From Mytilus californianus (taxonomy: Eukaryota), in the NCBI RefSeq assembly GCF_021869535.1, contig NW_026262734.1:52948001-53012000 (forward strand): a stretch of 64,000 nucleotides of DNA, written 5' to 3'. Shown here piece by piece: positions 61,956-64,000 of this stretch (position 1 is the first letter of the stretch; each line of letters begins with the position of its first letter). The position numbers and the translations under genes are program-made. Below the pieces are notes generated by a model. It was not told where the DNA came from. It searched no databases and was given only the letters and a program-made list of their open reading frames with translations.

Positions 61956-64000
61956 TTATAAATAAACATCTAAATATTTTTTATCGTATTTCTTAAAATG
62001 TAGCAAAATGTATGATAAATCCTAGCATATGTCCAATTTTGATGGATGTTTGCACGTTTGGAGTATTTATAAAAAAAAAAGAAAAGTGTCGAATTCAGGT
62101 TAGGATTTAAAGGGCATATCCAATTAATATATGATCGGAAAAATGTTAGCTTGACATATAATCGTCAAACTTGTCTTCATCGGCGCTATTTTTACAATGT
62201 TGAACAAATCCCCCCTTTTCCTCGGAATGGATCCAACCCTGTCAAGTGTAAGCAATACATTTTTCATCATCACCATAGTTAATTCGAAGTAATTTTATAT
62301 AAGCCTTAAAATCCATTTTGATTTATTTGGGTTTAAGATGTTCTTCGATGCAGAGATGAAAAAGTTTTTTGCAAAGATGCGTACAGTTTGTGGTAATCAG
62401 ATCAACACGAATCGTCAAATAACATAGGCTTTATCAATTTACAATTGTTGTCAGATGCGACTATTTCGTGATATCGCCTATGATATTGTTATGATATTGT
62501 AACTATCATATTTATTTAGTTGGCCTAATTAGTTCTGTGTGGCCTTAAAGTTGTTTACGAAATGATATTGTAACTGTGCAGTTTAGAAATCACTGGAACA
62601 ATCATAGAGACTGATGAAATGATTAGAACTTTCGATTTGACATACATAACGATTCCAGAATGATCATAATAAGATATGCGTAATTTAAACTTCTTACACT
62701 GTTCTAGAAGATTCCGTTTTACACTTTTCTAGGAATTTCCCTTCTACAGTCTTCTAGAGATTTCCGTGACAACTATATATATACAGACACTAAAGTTAAA
62801 CATTCAGATATAGACATTAATATTCTCATGAGTTCTCTCAGTTGGATTGACACTTGTATTCACGTTAACTACATCATACTAGATTGTGACTTATGACTAA
62901 TTGGACATAATATTCTGTTTGGATTCCCGCAACAGTGAAGAGAAGAATTCCGGATAAAGAAAAGACAAAAGATATATTTTGACAGTTAAGTTGACATTTC
63001 TATTTGTGTAATACTTCTTGTAAACTTGTGTATAATAAATCTTTTTAAATTTTATTATTGATTTGTGTCATTTGTTGGCTACAATTTAAAGGTGATTTCT
63101 GGCTGTAACAATAAATAATAATGCGAAATAACGAAAAAAAAAAAAAAAAAAAGACCTGTAAAGCAGAAATATTTCCGCTTACCTTTTCGCCATGCACCGT
63201 TTTTGCCTTTTCCCTGTGATATTAACGTATTTTATAAGAATAAGCTACACGTTACACTATAGATGCAAAATACAAATTCAATGTGAAATTTGAAATTTCT
63301 ATTTTTATTATTGTCGCGTGAATATTTGCTAATGTGTTTGTTTCTTAGTTGCTTAACTAATATCATTTGAATTTGCATCTTGTAAAAGACAATATGCAGC
63401 TCAACCTCCAATAAATTTTGCTTTTGGATGATAATGTCCTTCTGAAAATCTTTTATGGGATAAAAGGTTTATTTCTTGAATGCCTTCATCCATTGATCTA
63501 CCAAAAAATACAATCACAAATAATTTGGCATTTAAGGAATATTTTGGTCATGTTCTATGAATATATAAAGCATTGGTGTAAATGTAATCGCATTACAAAT
63601 ATAAAATATATGTTATACATACTTCTTCATAAATATACCAAATTAGATAAAATAATTTAGCTAAAAAATTTAAAACTCATTGAATTCAATAAGGGTAAAT
63701 AATCATATTATAATTGCGATTAAAATGCATGGATGTTACAGTATAGCAAATCAAATATGACTGGCCTATATGTAACTAGAATTTAGCAACATTCGAGGGC
63801 ACTAACAAAAACGCAATGAACCGGAACAAAAATGTTGAACCTAATGAACGAACAAATGAGTATTGCGTCATCGTGAATAGAATTTTCAAAGTGTCCAATA
63901 GTTTAGATCTTAGATCTACAGGACTACTAGTATATAAAGAATAATAAAATGCATGTTATCACCAAAACATCACATGGGCCTATAATCAAGTGTTTATAGT

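Noticed and set aside
56560-64000. Short ORFs in the supplied track right of the element (and most of those at 1.9-6.9 kb)
   Set aside because: 60-105 aa, low-complexity F/I/L/K-rich translations of AT-rich or repeat DNA with no recognisable motifs.

Overview
AT-rich, intron-rich eukaryotic DNA. The interspersed repeats resemble those I recall from mytilid mussels; this was not database-checked. The window is dominated by one giant (49,379 bp) Mutator-like DNA transposon at 7031-56409. It has 43-bp TIRs (42/43 identical) and a perfect 9-bp TSD (GTGCTCCTA), and it splits a tRNA-derived SINE whose two halves rejoin across the empty site. The element carries two convergent, multi-exon genes. On +, a ~20-exon, ~1,070-aa protein comprises coiled coil, UIM-like motif, OTU cysteine protease, WRKY/GCM-like finger, MULE DDE transposase and two SWIM fingers; it has an in-frame stop and one unresolved frame junction. 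On -, an apparently intact Ulp1/SENP-type (C48) protease is followed by a PHD finger, with four further exons of unknown function beyond a 13-kb array. About 20 kb of the element is 36-bp satellite built on a motif shared with the TIR inner end; it is organised into higher-order repeats and is + oriented in the left half and - oriented in the right half. Outside the element are a VMO1-like pseudogene (-), SINEs, hammerhead-motif repeats, hairpin repeats and a possible decayed YGDD polymerase fragment. All gene models were assembled by hand from splice signals and reading frame.
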